The notes: generated from the sequence alone by a model not told the origin. DNA of 64,000 bases from Marivita sp. (GCF_051251565.1 NZ_JBPOFB010000009.1:40108-104107); one strand, 5' to 3'; positions 39,778 to 50,351 are shown, numbered from the stretch's first letter. A program made the numbers and translations.

Positions 39778-41166
39778 ATGCAGTATATCTCGACCCGTGG
39801 CAAAGCGCCGGCGCTTGGATTTGAAGACACGATGCTGTCGGGCCTTGCCCGTGACGGTGGGCTGTATGTGCCTGAAACGATCCCGACGCTCAGCACCGAC
39901 GACATCCGCGCGATGCACGGCCTGTCTTATGAAGAGATCGCGTTCCGCGTGATGCGCCCTTTCGTCGGTGATGCGTTTACCGACGAAGTTTTCGCCGACC
40001 TGATCGCCAAGGCCTATGCCGGGTTCGGCCACGACGCGCGCGCGCCTTTGGTGCAGCTGGGATCAGGCCATTTCCTGCTGGAGCTGTTCCACGGGCCGAC
40101 GCTGGCGTTCAAGGATTTCGCCATGCAGCTGATTGGCCAGATGTTCCAAGAGGCCCTGACCCGCAGCGGCAAGCGTGTGACTATCGTTGGGGCCACGTCG
40201 GGCGACACCGGCTCTGCCGCGATTGAGGCGTTCCGGGGTCTGGATGCTGTGGATGTGTTCATCCTGTATCCACATGGCCGCGTGTCCGACGTGCAGCGCC
40301 GCCAGATGACAACACCGACGGAATCCAATGTGCATGCCCTGGCACTTGAAGGTGACTTTGACGATTGCCAAGCCCGGCTGAAGGACATGTTCAATCATTT
40401 CGAATTCCGCGATGCAGTGCGTCTTGCAGGGGTCAATTCGATCAACTGGGGCCGGGTGCTGGCGCAGGTGGTCTATTACTTCTCGTCTGCCGTGTCGCTT
40501 GGCGCGCCGGACCGCAAAGTTAGCTTTACTGTGCCCACCGGCAATTTCGGCGACATCTTTGCGGGCTACATCGCCAAGCGCATGGGCCTGCCGATCGACC
40601 GTCTGGTGGTCGCCACAAATCACAACGACATCCTGCACCGCTGCCTAAGCACGGGCGGGTATGTCACCGACAGCGTGATGCCTTCGATCAGCCCGTCGAT
40701 GGACATTCAGGTCAGTTCCAATTTTGAGCGCGCGCTGTTTGATGCCTATGGCCGCGATGGCAATGCTGTCAGTCAATTGATGGATGAGCTCAAGGCTGGT
40801 GGTTTCCATGTCAGCCAAGGCGCGATGCAGGTGTTGCGCGACCAGTTCGACAGTGGACGCGTTTCCGAGAACGAAACGCTGGCGATGATCGCCCATGCCA
40901 ACGCGCATATGGGTGAATTGCTGTGCCCACATTCTGCCATTGGCGTGGCCGTGGCCGAAGCTCAGCTTGACCCGAACGTGCCCATGATCACGCTGGCGAC
41001 GGCACACCCAGCCAAATTCCCCGACGCCGTGGAAAAAGCCAGTGGCATCCGCCCGCCCCTTCCCGACCGCATGGCAGATTTGTTTGACCGTGACGAACGG
41101 CTGACCCGCGTACCAAACGACCTCGACCAGCTTGAAACCCTTATCCAAGATCGGATCGCCTCTTGA
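39778..41166 (+). CDS. thrC: Threonine synthase
   Basis: 462 aa ORF. MQYISTRG start and the PLP-lysine region HGPTLAFKDFAMQ. Confidence 0.95.
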   Translation: MQYISTRGKAPALGFEDTMLSGLARDGGLYVPETIPTLSTDDIRAMHGLSYEEIAFRVMRPFVGDAFTDEVFADLIAKAYAGFGHDARAPLVQLGSGHFLLELFHGPTLAFKDFAMQLIGQMFQEALTRSGKRVTIVGATSGDTGSAAIEAFRGLDAVDVFILYPHGRVSDVQRRQMTTPTESNVHALALEGDFDDCQARLKDMFNHFEFRDAVRLAGVNSINWGRVLAQVVYYFSSAVSLGAPDRKVSFTVPTGNFGDIFAGYIAKRMGLPIDRLVVATNHNDILHRCLSTGGYVTDSVMPSISPSMDIQVSSNFERALFDAYGRDGNAVSQLMDELKAGGFHVSQGAMQVLRDQFDSGRVSENETLAMIAHANAHMGELLCPHSAIGVAVAEAQLDPNVPMITLATAHPAKFPDAVEKASGIRPPLPDRMADLFDRDERLTRVPNDLDQLETLIQDRIAS

Positions 41167-42425
41167 CCGTCCAGACCACCACATTTCCCAACGGCTTCCG
41201 CGTCGTGACCGAGCATATGCCCGGCCTCGAAAGCGCGGCTATCGGCATCTGGGTCACCGCAGGTGGACGTCACGAACGCCCCGAGCAGAACGGCATCGCG
41301 CATTTTCTGGAACATATGGCCTTCAAAGGCACCGAGACCCGCAGCGCCTTGCAGATCGCCGAAGCCATCGAAGATGTGGGCGGCTATATCAACGCCTATA
41401 CCTCGCGCGAGGTGACCGCCTATTACGCCCGCGTTCTGCGCAATGATGTGGGTCTGGCCTTGGACGTGGTGGCCGACATCCTGCGCAATCCGGTGTTTGA
41501 CCCCAAAGAGATCGAAGTCGAACGCCATGTGATCCTGCAAGAAATCGGTCAGGCGGCAGACACGCCCGACGACATCATTTTTGACTGGTTGCAGGAACGC
41601 GCCTATCCAGATCAGGCATTGGGGCGCACGATCCTTGGGGAAACCGACCGCGTGTCGGGTTTTTCGAAAGACGATCTGGCCATGTTTGTGTCCGAACACT
41701 ACGGGCCCGATCAGATGATCCTGTCCGCCGCCGGTGCCGTCGATCATGACGCGATTGTCGCACAGGCCGAGCAATTGTTCGGCGATATGGTCGGTCGACC
41801 GTTCCTGACTGCGGATGCTGCCACCTTCCACGGGGGCGAAAGCCGCCGCGAAAAGGACCTGGAGCAGGCGCATCTCGCGCTGGCGTTCGAATCCCCCGGC
41901 TACCGCGATCCGAATTTCTACGCGGCACAGGTCTATTCCACCGCGTTGGGTGGCGGCATGTCGAGCCGACTGTTTCAGGAAATCCGCGAAAAGCGCGGGC
42001 TGTGCTACACGATCTTTGCCCAGACCGGTGCCTATTCCGACACGGGCATGACCACGATCTATGCAGGCACCAGCGGCGACGAGATCAGGGATCTTACCAA
42101 CCTGACAATCGACGAGATGAAGCGCGCGGCGGAGGATATGTCCCCCGCCGAGGTGGCCCGGGCGCGGGCACAGATGAAGGCCGGTTTGCTGATGGGACTG
42201 GAAAGCCCGTCCTCGCGCACCGAACGGCTGGCTCGGATGATCCAGATATGGGGCGAGGTTCCAAGCCTCGAAGACACGATCTCGCGCATCGACAGCGTGA
42301 CCACCGGTGACGTGCGCGCCTTTGGCGAACACCTTGTGCAGCAGGCCCCTGCGGCAATGGCGCTTTACGGCCCGGTAAGCGCGGCCCCCGATCTGGCTGC
42401 CCTGTCCCAACGCCGCGTGGCCTGA
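41163..42425 (+). CDS. M16 family (pitrilysin / MPP-like) zinc peptidase
   Basis: GIAHFLEHMAFKGT is the inverted HxxEH zinc motif. 420 aa. The TTG start overlaps the thrC stop. Confidence 0.9.
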   Translation: MTVQTTTFPNGFRVVTEHMPGLESAAIGIWVTAGGRHERPEQNGIAHFLEHMAFKGTETRSALQIAEAIEDVGGYINAYTSREVTAYYARVLRNDVGLALDVVADILRNPVFDPKEIEVERHVILQEIGQAADTPDDIIFDWLQERAYPDQALGRTILGETDRVSGFSKDDLAMFVSEHYGPDQMILSAAGAVDHDAIVAQAEQLFGDMVGRPFLTADAATFHGGESRREKDLEQAHLALAFESPGYRDPNFYAAQVYSTALGGGMSSRLFQEIREKRGLCYTIFAQTGAYSDTGMTTIYAGTSGDEIRDLTNLTIDEMKRAAEDMSPAEVARARAQMKAGLLMGLESPSSRTERLARMIQIWGEVPSLEDTISRIDSVTTGDVRAFGEHLVQQAPAAMALYGPVSAAPDLAALSQRRVA

Positions 42426-43009
42426 TGCTCAGCCTGCGGCGCAAGCTTCGGCTCGACACCGAGCGCATGGTCCTGCGACCGCCGATGCACAGCGACTTCA
42501 ATCCGTGGAGCGCGTTGCGCAATGACAGCGAAGAGTTCCTTGCAAAATGGGAACCCAGCTGGGCCGAGGACCATCTGAGCCGCCGCGCGTTTACCAACCG
42601 CGTCTACTGGGCCAACCGCGCCATCGGCAACGGATCGGCGGTGCCCCTTTTCCTGCTGAGGCGCAGCGACAACATGCTGCTGGGGGCGATCACACTGGAT
42701 AATATCCGGCGCGGCCCTGCGCAGGCGGGCACGCTTGGCTATTGGATCGGCGAACCCTTTGCGCGGCGCGGCTACATGCGCGAGGCGATCGACGCTGTGG
42801 TGCATTACGCGTTTGACCGTCTGGACCTGAGCCGTATCGAAGCTGCGTGTTTGCCCGAGAACAAAGCCTCGCGCGGGCTTTTGGAAAAGGCCGGGTTCAA
42901 ATATGAAGGCGTGGCACAAAGCTATCTTCAGATTGACGGGCGCTGGCGGACCCATGTTCTATATGCGTCACTGCGGCTGGACCGCCGGGGACGCACCGAC
43001 GCGGGTTGA
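42425..43009 (+). CDS. GNAT family N-acetyltransferase (RimJ/RimL-like)
   Basis: 194 aa ORF. GYWIGEPFARRGYMREAIDAVVHYAF and ENKASRGLLEKAGFKYEG are typical of the RimJ-like subfamily. Confidence 0.85.
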   Translation: MLSLRRKLRLDTERMVLRPPMHSDFNPWSALRNDSEEFLAKWEPSWAEDHLSRRAFTNRVYWANRAIGNGSAVPLFLLRRSDNMLLGAITLDNIRRGPAQAGTLGYWIGEPFARRGYMREAIDAVVHYAFDRLDLSRIEAACLPENKASRGLLEKAGFKYEGVAQSYLQIDGRWRTHVLYASLRLDRRGRTDAG

Positions 43010-43121
43010 GAAGAGACTTTTCGCAAGGTTTTGGTGACGCGGATTGGACCGCGCGGCGCCGACTCAACTGTGACTAGACTGAATCCCGCCTTGCGCTATC
43101 TTTGTTGGAGGAGGTGTCGAG

Positions 43122-43958
43122 ATGCGGTTGAAAACACTCTGGATGGCGTTGGCCGTCACACTCATGGGCACCGCCGCGATGGCGCAGGACACGCGCCGTT
43201 CCAGCCATTGCCTTGCCATTGCGGATGCCACCCCCGGTATGGCCTATATCCAAAAGGCCTCCTGGACCGCTCCCGTCGCGCAGTATTCCGTGCGCATCAA
43301 CTATGTGTCCCACGCCACTTTCCTGTTGCAGACCCCCGGTGGCCTGAACGTCGCAACGGATTTCACGGGCTTTCTGGGCAACACCCGGATGATCCCTGAC
43401 GTGGTCACCATGAACCACGCACATGAAACCCACTGGACCGCCAATCCCGACCCGGCCATTCCCCATGTCCTGCCCGGATGGGGGCCGTTCGGCGAAGGAA
43501 TCGATCACCACCTTGAAGTGGGCGAAATGCTGATACGCAATGTGTCGACCGACATCAGGTCTGCCTTTGGCGGGACCGAAGACAATGGCAATTCGATCTT
43601 TATCTTCGAGGTCGAGGGCCTTTGTATTGGGCATCTGGGGCACCTGCATCACGAACCCAATGATCAGCAATACGCGGCCATTGGGCGGCTTGATGTGGTG
43701 ATGGTGCCGGTGGATGGCGGCTATACCCTGCCCCGCGAAATGATGGTTCGGATTGTGGACCGGTTGCGGTCCAGTGTGGTGATCCCGATGCATTGGTTTT
43801 CGGGCTACGCGCTTGACCTGTTTCTTGAAGAGGTCGAGGACAGCTTTGTCATAGATCGCCGGGACAGTTCGTCGATCGAGTTGTCGTTGCGCGATCTTCC
43901 GTCCCGTCCTACGGTGGTGGTCCTGCGCCCGGAATGGCTGCGGGACGCTCAGAACTGA
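43122..43958 (+). CDS. Secreted MBL-fold metallo-hydrolase
   Basis: Signal peptide (LAVTLMGTAAMAQ), the MNHAHETHW histidine motif, and a later HLGHLHH. Confidence 0.65.
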   Translation: MRLKTLWMALAVTLMGTAAMAQDTRRSSHCLAIADATPGMAYIQKASWTAPVAQYSVRINYVSHATFLLQTPGGLNVATDFTGFLGNTRMIPDVVTMNHAHETHWTANPDPAIPHVLPGWGPFGEGIDHHLEVGEMLIRNVSTDIRSAFGGTEDNGNSIFIFEVEGLCIGHLGHLHHEPNDQQYAAIGRLDVVMVPVDGGYTLPREMMVRIVDRLRSSVVIPMHWFSGYALDLFLEEVEDSFVIDRRDSSSIELSLRDLPSRPTVVVLRPEWLRDAQN

Positions 43959-43978
43959 CCTATTCGGAGACACCCCAA

Positions 43979-45400
43979 ATGCCACGCGATTCTGCGGATA
44001 GCGGATTTATCGATGCCCTGTCGCAACATTTTCCGGGCGATATGTTCGCCCGCGCCGAGCAATCCTATCTCGAAGAACCGCGCGGGCGCTGGCAGGGCGC
44101 GCGGGGCTATGTTGCCCGGCCGCGCAACACTGCGGAAGTGTCGGCACTGGTCAAGGCCTGCGGTGAAGCAGGCGTTGGCATTGTGCCCTACGGCGGTGGC
44201 ACCGGGTTGGTCGGCGGGCAGATCGCGCCCGAGGGCGAGGCCGAAACCCCGTTGATCCTGTCGCTGGAGCGCATGACGCAGATCCGCGCGGTCTATCCGC
44301 AGGAAAACGTGTTGATCGCCGATGCAGGTGTGATCCTTGCCAATATTCAGACCGCCGCCGTGGCTGTGGACCGGTTGTTCCCGCTTTCGCTGGCATCAGA
44401 AGGATCGGCGCGGATCGGTGGGTTGCTGGGCACCAATGCGGGCGGTGTGAATGTCCTGCGCTATGGAAATACGCGCGATCTATGTCTGGGGCTTGAGGTG
44501 GTGATGCCGGATGGATCGATCTGGAACGGGCTGAAACGACTGCGCAAGGACAACACCGGATACGATCTGCGCCACCTGATGATTGGGTCAGAAGGCACGC
44601 TTGGCGTGATTACGGCGGCGTCGCTCAAACTGTTTCCGCGTCCAGCCAGCCTTGGCACTGCGGTGTTTGTCATCCGCGACGCGGAAGCCGCGCTAGAGCT
44701 TTTGTCGATGGCCAAGTCGCAGCTTGGCGAAAGCATCAGTGCATTCGAGTTGATGCACCGCACCGGGTTGGACTTTCTGTCCAAGACCTTGCCCGAGATT
44801 CGCAAACCGTTTGGCGACCATCATCCCGAATGGATGATCCTTATGGATATCGGCCTGCCCAAGGGCCTTGATCCCCAAGACGCGCTTGAGACACTGTTTG
44901 TGTCGGCCGAGGCGGAGGGCATCGTGACGGATGCGGTTATCGCCCAATCCGACGGGCAGCGCGCTGATTTCTGGTCAGTGCGCGAACACATCCCCGAGGC
45001 CAACCGCCGGATCGGCGCGGTATCAAGCCATGATGTGTCTGTACCCTTGGGCGAATTGCCCCATTTCATCGCCCGAGTACGGCAGGCGATTGCACAGGTC
45101 GGAGAGTTTCGGATCAACTGCTTTGGTCATGTCGGGGACGGCAACCTGCATTTCAACGTGTTCCCGCCTGACGGCAAATCGCGTGACCTGTTCCTTGACG
45201 AAACCAAGCAGATCAAACGTCTGGTGCATGACATCGCCTCCGAACTGGGCGGCACGTTCAGCGCGGAACACGGCGTGGGCCGCGCCAAGAAGGCCGATCT
45301 TGCGCGTTACGGCGATCCCACCAAGCTGGCCACGATGCGGGCGATCAAGGACGCGCTTGATCCCAAGGGCATCATGAATCCCGGTGCGGTTCTATCGTGA
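43979..45400 (+). CDS. FAD-binding oxidoreductase (GlcD / D-2-hydroxyacid dehydrogenase family)
   Basis: PCMH-type FAD domain (IVPYGGGTGLVGGQ) and C-terminal SAEHGVGRAK. The start was chosen at MPRDSADS (ATG 43979). Confidence 0.85.
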   Translation: MPRDSADSGFIDALSQHFPGDMFARAEQSYLEEPRGRWQGARGYVARPRNTAEVSALVKACGEAGVGIVPYGGGTGLVGGQIAPEGEAETPLILSLERMTQIRAVYPQENVLIADAGVILANIQTAAVAVDRLFPLSLASEGSARIGGLLGTNAGGVNVLRYGNTRDLCLGLEVVMPDGSIWNGLKRLRKDNTGYDLRHLMIGSEGTLGVITAASLKLFPRPASLGTAVFVIRDAEAALELLSMAKSQLGESISAFELMHRTGLDFLSKTLPEIRKPFGDHHPEWMILMDIGLPKGLDPQDALETLFVSAEAEGIVTDAVIAQSDGQRADFWSVREHIPEANRRIGAVSSHDVSVPLGELPHFIARVRQAIAQVGEFRINCFGHVGDGNLHFNVFPPDGKSRDLFLDETKQIKRLVHDIASELGGTFSAEHGVGRAKKADLARYGDPTKLATMRAIKDALDPKGIMNPGAVLS

Positions 45401-46201
45401 TGCCACACGGAACACGCACCCATCGGTGACAAGCTGTGGCGGCGTCAGGCACAAGCCTTTCGCCGTCTGGAACGCTTGCAGCACTTTCGGAACATAGGCG
45501 CGGGTCTCGGCATAGTCGGGCACGCCGTTGTTGCGCACGACTGCGTTTTCGCCCGCGTTATATCCGGCAAGGACGAGGATCACGTCATTGTCGAACTTCT
45601 CCATCAGGAAATCGAGGAAGGCGACACCGCCCTTGATATTCTGTGCAGGCGCAAAACTGTCGGACACGCCGAACCGTTCTGCGGTGGCTGGCATAAGCTG
45701 CATCAACCCCTGCGCCCCAACCGAGCTTTGGGCATCGACGCGCCCTGCTGATTCAATCGCAATCACCGCGAGGGCCAAGGCGGGCGACACGCGCGTGCCC
45801 ACTGTGTGCAAAAGGATGTCTTTGCCGTGGCGTTCCGCAATAGTCTGGAGGTCTTGCAGACGCGGGGCGGCAACCCCCTGCCCCGAAGGTGGGTTCGACA
45901 GTCGCACCAGCGCTGGTTCCAAACGCCCCGGCCCCTTGGCCTCGATGGATGGGGAGACGTCACTCCAGAACCACGCCAATGTGTCACCCGCAGGCGCGCG
46001 CGGCTGTCCTTTAGCGGTGGGTGCAGCGACAGCGGCCGCGGAGGCCTGTGGTGCGATCTGAACGGTGATCCGTTTCTGTGCCCCTGACGAGGGTGGTTTG
46101 ACCCGCTTGGCCGAGAACTCTGGAAAGGGTGGCGGTTCGGCCCAAGCCGTCCCCATGCCAAGGGACACGGCCAAAAATGCCGCGACGATAAACCGTTTCA
46201 T
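45392..46201 (-). CDS. Lytic transglycosylase (SLT domain) protein
   Basis: Signal peptide from MKRFIVAAFLAVSLG (ATG 46201). Catalytic region AIESAG...GAQGLMQLMP...AGYNAGENAV. Confidence 0.85.
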   Translation of the reverse strand: MKRFIVAAFLAVSLGMGTAWAEPPPFPEFSAKRVKPPSSGAQKRITVQIAPQASAAAVAAPTAKGQPRAPAGDTLAWFWSDVSPSIEAKGPGRLEPALVRLSNPPSGQGVAAPRLQDLQTIAERHGKDILLHTVGTRVSPALALAVIAIESAGRVDAQSSVGAQGLMQLMPATAERFGVSDSFAPAQNIKGGVAFLDFLMEKFDNDVILVLAGYNAGENAVVRNNGVPDYAETRAYVPKVLQAFQTAKGLCLTPPQLVTDGCVFRVASR

Positions 46202-46559
46202 ATGCAGGCTCCTGCTCGATGCCCGTTTTTCTTTTGCCCGAGTATTACACAATTTTGCCGTCAAGGCCATTTCGTTTCGAATACGATATCAATCGGTTCC
46301 GGGTCTTGCCGTAAATCCCCGTCAAAAACATCAAATGTGGTGAATTTTGAAAATTTTTAACAATTAAAAACAATGGCTTGATCTTTAAATATTTACTATT
46401 TTAAGCGGCTACAAAAACGGACCAATGCCGTCAAACTGCTGCCCCAATCCGACGACTATAAGGGGCCATCCAAGACGGGATGGGGCGAATGAGAGAGCGC
46501 TCAACACAAAGTCTCGAGCTTGGCCAACGTGAGCAAAACCTAGGACTATGGAGATCAAC

Positions 46560-46748
46560 ATGATCAATTTCATCAAAAACTTCCGCAACGACGAAGACGG
46601 CGCAGTAACAGTTGACTGGGTTGTTCTGACAGCCGCAGTTGTGGGTCTGGCCATCGCAGCCTACGGCGCGATCCAGGGCAACACCGACACCGTTCTGACC
46701 GCAACTGGCGCCGCAGTTCTCAACGCGCAAGACTACCTCGGCGAATAA
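46560..46748 (+). CDS. flp: Flp family type IVb prepilin
   Basis: MINFIKNFRNDEDG/AVTVDWVVLTAAVVGLAIAAY. The Flp leader and hydrophobic stem carry a variant processing motif (G/xxxxDW instead of G/xxxxEY). GGAG lies 6 nt upstream of the ATG at 46560. Confidence 0.85.
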   Translation: MINFIKNFRNDEDGAVTVDWVVLTAAVVGLAIAAYGAIQGNTDTVLTATGAAVLNAQDYLGE

Positions 46749-46781
46749 TCGTAATTTACGGTTAATCAGCCTTACGAGTTT

Positions 46782-46819
46782 GGGGAAGGTGCGCGTCTGC
46801 GCGCCTTCCCTGTTTTTAT
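46782..46819 (+). terminator. Rho-independent terminator after flp
   Basis: GGGGAAGGTGCGCG-TCTG-CGCGCCTTCCC stem (one small bulge), followed by TGTTTTTATT. Confidence 0.7.
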
Positions 46820-47198
46820 TGGTGCATGAGTTTTAAAAATGCTCGGATTTTGCAGAACGCGTGTTGAGCATTAAACCAGCTTGATAACGGTGGACTGGCT
46901 TTTTGTGACAGCAGCGGCCATAGGGTTAGCAGTTGGTGGAGTGTCCAGATTGCAAAATCGCGGCGCGCCACTGTCTTTGACCACTGGCGGACAGATACCC
47001 CACACCGCTGACGTTGCGCGCTCGTAACAGCCCCGCCTCTACCCAAATCCAGCGTCTCGATGACACTTAGGGCACGCGGAACTCCACAGTTTCGTCACAA
47101 AGCGCCCAACACGCAGACACAATGGTCCGCTATATCCGACAATTGAACCATGTTTCAGCACACGTTTGGTGCATCATGAATACATGCAAGGAGGCAAA

Positions 47199-48056
47199 AT
47201 GCGCATCGTCTTTGGACTCGTCCTTATCGCTGGTCTGGCTTTGGCCGGATTTGCGGTTTACATGGCACAAAACTATATTGGCGCGTATCAAACCGCGCTT
47301 GAGCAGGAACGTAACAAGGTCACTGAAAGCGTACCAGTTCAACAGATCTACGTCGCCACACGGGCGATCGACTATGGTGAAGTGATCGCTGCCGAAGACA
47401 TCGCCTTGATGCCTTGGCCCAAGCAAACCCTGCCCGAAAACTTCTATGATGAGGCCAAACCGCTGAACGCCGAGGGCGACGCGATGCGTGTTGCCCTGCG
47501 CCCGATCGAAAAGCACGAGGCGATCATGGAATCCAAGGTCAGCGATCCGGGCGCGGATGCCGGCCTCACATCGCGGCTTGAGCGCGGCCAGCGCGCCTTT
47601 GCGATCAAAGTGGATGTCGCGTCAGGTGTGTCGGGCTTTCTTCGGCCCAGCGACCGGGTGGATGTCTACTGGACCGGGCGCGTCAGAAGCAACGACTCCA
47701 ACGCCCCTGTGGGTGAAGTGACCAAGCTGATCGAAACAGGTGTCCGGTTGATTGCCATTGACCAAACATCCCAAACAGAATCCGCAGCAACGACCATCGC
47801 ACGCACCGTGACCGTGGCCGCCAGCCCGCAGCAGGTAGCCTCGTTGGCACAGGCACAATCCACCGGACGGCTGTCGTTGTCGCTGATGGGGCGCAACGAC
47901 GACACTGTTGCCGACGTCATCGAAGTCGACCAACGGTCCCTTTTGGGACTGGTCGAGCAAGAAATTGTCAACGAACCCCGCGCTGCTGAAGTTTGTACCA
48001 TTCGTACCCGGCGGGGTGGGGAATTGGTTGAAATGCCCATCCCTTGTACGAACTGA
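47199..48056 (+). CDS. cpaB: Flp pilus assembly protein CpaB (RcpC)
   Basis: N-terminal TM helix MRIVFGLVLIAGLALAGFAV preceded by AAGGAGG. SAF/RcpC-like body. Position is between flp and the secretin gene. Confidence 0.85.
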   Translation: MRIVFGLVLIAGLALAGFAVYMAQNYIGAYQTALEQERNKVTESVPVQQIYVATRAIDYGEVIAAEDIALMPWPKQTLPENFYDEAKPLNAEGDAMRVALRPIEKHEAIMESKVSDPGADAGLTSRLERGQRAFAIKVDVASGVSGFLRPSDRVDVYWTGRVRSNDSNAPVGEVTKLIETGVRLIAIDQTSQTESAATTIARTVTVAASPQQVASLAQAQSTGRLSLSLMGRNDDTVADVIEVDQRSLLGLVEQEIVNEPRAAEVCTIRTRRGGELVEMPIPCTN

Positions 48057-48250
48057 CGAGGGCACTACCGCATTTGGACAAGTGCCGCCTTAAGGCACAG
48101 GATATGGCGCAGCATTATGTTGCGCCTTATCCACATCAAACACACCTCTGAAATCATTGATTCTTGCAATAAAACACAACTTGACGCAGGTTAATCGCAA
48201 TATCGGGCAAAAAGACCCAATCCTGAGGCGTGATCGGAAAGGCAGGTCAC

Positions 48251-49672
48251 ATGTACACGAGCAGTTCCTTCAAGGCCGCCCTGTTGGGCGCGGTCCTTGC
48301 CATTACTCCAGTGGCGCATGCAGCATTTGCTGAAACACTCCGCGTCATTCGAACAAATACAGAATCAACCCTGAACGTTCCGATGAACCGTGCGGTGGTG
48401 GTTGAAAGCGAAGTTCCGTTTGCAGAGCTGAGCATCGCCAACCCCTCCATTGCGGATATCTCATCGCTTTCAGAGCGCACGATTTATGTCCTCGGGAAAA
48501 CCCCGGGCACAACGACGCTGACCATCCTTGACGGGAATGGGCAGTTGATCACGAATGTGGACGTCACGGTCGCACCGGATTTGACCGAATTCAAAGAACG
48601 TCTTCGTCAGATTCTACCAGACGAAAAAATCGAAGTGCGCACGGCCAATGACGGGATCGTTCTTTCGGGAACGGTGTCGAGCACCATTCGCATGCAGCGC
48701 GCCCTTGACCTTGCATCGCGCTACGCACCCGAACGCGTATCGAACCTGATGTCGGTTGGTGGTGTTCAGCAGGTGATGCTGAAAGTCCGTTTTGCAGAGA
48801 TGCAGCGGTCTGTCTCCAAATCCCTCCAATCATCGCTTGCGACGGGCGGATCGGTTCTTGACGGCGACCTGGGTCTCGAACTTGGCACCGGCAATGCGGG
48901 CCCGTCGGCTGCGCTGGACAGCGTCGCAGACAAACTGCGATCGTCTGCGGATGCACAAAACGCGGTCCTGTTCGGCTTTAATGCCGGTGGTCTGGAAATC
49001 GGCATCCTTTTGGAAGCGTTGGAATCCAAAGGCGTTGTGCGCACCCTGGCAGAACCCAACCTGACATCCTTGTCGGGACAGGAAGCCAAGTTTCTGGCCG
49101 GTGGCGAATATCCCGTCCCCGTCGCCCAAGACAACGGTGCCATCGCAGTTGAATTCAAGCCCTTTGGCGTCGAGCTGAACTTCATCCCGCGTGTTCTGGA
49201 CGGCGATCTGATCAACCTCGAACTGGAAGCGGCCGTATCGTCAATTGACCCGGACAGCGGTGTCGACATTGGTGCCATTCGCATCGACGGCTTCCGCCGC
49301 CGCGAAACCCAGACCACGGTTGAGCTTCGGGACGGCGAAAGCTTTGCCATCGCCGGTCTGCTTCAGGACGATTTCCGTGACCTGAACGATCAGGTGCCAT
49401 GGCTTGGTGATATCCCAGTTCTCGGCGCGTTGTTCCGCAGTGCGGAATACCGGCGCGAACAATCCGAGCTGGTGATCATCATCACGCCGCATCTTGTCAC
49501 TCCGACACGCGGTGAAGCGCTTGCTTTGCCCACCGACCGTGTACGTCCCCCGACCGAAAAAGACCTGTTCCTCTTTGGACGCGTCGCCAGCGACTCGCGC
49601 AATTTGCGTGGCGCGGCTGGCGAAGTGGCCAAGCAGGACTTTAGCGGGTCCTACGGCTATGTGATGGATTGA
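48251..49672 (+). CDS. cpaC: Tad/Cpa pilus secretin CpaC (RcpA)
   Basis: Signal peptide. C-terminal secretin core: LAEPNLTSLSGQEAKFLAGGEYPVP...VPWLGDIPVLGALFRS...ELVIIITPHLV. Confidence 0.92.
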   Translation: MYTSSSFKAALLGAVLAITPVAHAAFAETLRVIRTNTESTLNVPMNRAVVVESEVPFAELSIANPSIADISSLSERTIYVLGKTPGTTTLTILDGNGQLITNVDVTVAPDLTEFKERLRQILPDEKIEVRTANDGIVLSGTVSSTIRMQRALDLASRYAPERVSNLMSVGGVQQVMLKVRFAEMQRSVSKSLQSSLATGGSVLDGDLGLELGTGNAGPSAALDSVADKLRSSADAQNAVLFGFNAGGLEIGILLEALESKGVVRTLAEPNLTSLSGQEAKFLAGGEYPVPVAQDNGAIAVEFKPFGVELNFIPRVLDGDLINLELEAAVSSIDPDSGVDIGAIRIDGFRRRETQTTVELRDGESFAIAGLLQDDFRDLNDQVPWLGDIPVLGALFRSAEYRREQSELVIIITPHLVTPTRGEALALPTDRVRPPTEKDLFLFGRVASDSRNLRGAAGEVAKQDFSGSYGYVMD

Positions 49673-49676
49673 AGCG

Positions 49677-50351
49677 ATGGCAGTTCAAAAAAATCTCCGT
49701 ATTCCCGCAGCCTTGACCGGCCTTGCCCTGCTTGCCGCCTGTGCAACCAGCGATCCGGTCTACAGCGCCTTCAATCGTGAAGCAGGTGCCTTGGTCGATC
49801 CCGGAAACTTTGGGGTTGCCACCATGAACAACGTGCAGATCATGAATGGCGAAAAGCGCTATACCTATGATTTATCGCAACGATTTGCCAGCGAAGTCAT
49901 GACCACGGTCAACTTTGCCTTCAACAGTGCCGTTCTCGACACCGGGGCAAAAGACACGTTGCGTGAACAGGCGAACTGGATCCGGCAATTTCCCGAAATC
50001 CACTTCCGCGTGTACGGGCACACCGACGCTGTTGGCAGCGAAGGCTACAACAAACGGCTTGGCCTGAACCGCGCACATGCGGTTGTGAACTTCCTTGCGT
50101 CGCAAGGTATCAGCAAGGACCGGCTTGAGGCGGTTGTCTCATTTGGGGAAACCCAGCCACTGATCGTGACCGAAGGCCGCGAACGCCGCAACCGGCGGAC
50201 CGTGACCGAGGTTTCGGGCTTTGTTGGGTCGCATCCTTCTGTCTTGGAAGGCAAATATGCCGAAATCATTTACCGCGAGTACGTGAACAGTGCCACACCC
50301 ACAATCGGGATCAGCGGCATTGAAGGCGGCGAATTCTCGACCTCTGAATAA
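49677..50351 (+). CDS. OmpA-family lipoprotein in the CpaD position
   Basis: Lipobox LALLAAC. OmpA C-terminal domain motifs: FAFNSAVL...VYGHTDAVGSEGYNKRLGLNRA...NRR. Confidence 0.85.
   Translation: MAVQKNLRIPAALTGLALLAACATSDPVYSAFNREAGALVDPGNFGVATMNNVQIMNGEKRYTYDLSQRFASEVMTTVNFAFNSAVLDTGAKDTLREQANWIRQFPEIHFRVYGHTDAVGSEGYNKRLGLNRAHAVVNFLASQGISKDRLEAVVSFGETQPLIVTEGRERRNRRTVTEVSGFVGSHPSVLEGKYAEIIYREYVNSATPTIGISGIEGGEFSTSE

Noticed and set aside
46330-46420. Multiple TTAA motifs upstream of flp, considered as CtrA boxes (TTAA-N7-TTAA).
   Set aside because: The spacings I can count are N3, N12 and N17, and none is the canonical N7. The region is simply AT-rich, and no CtrA site can be claimed without a matrix scan.
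46816-47046. 76-aa minus-strand ORF in the flp-cpaB gap, considered as a possible hidden gene or second pilin.
   Set aside because: It has no Flp-like leader or hydrophobic stem, no ribosome-binding site, and an odd composition. It is treated as non-coding.
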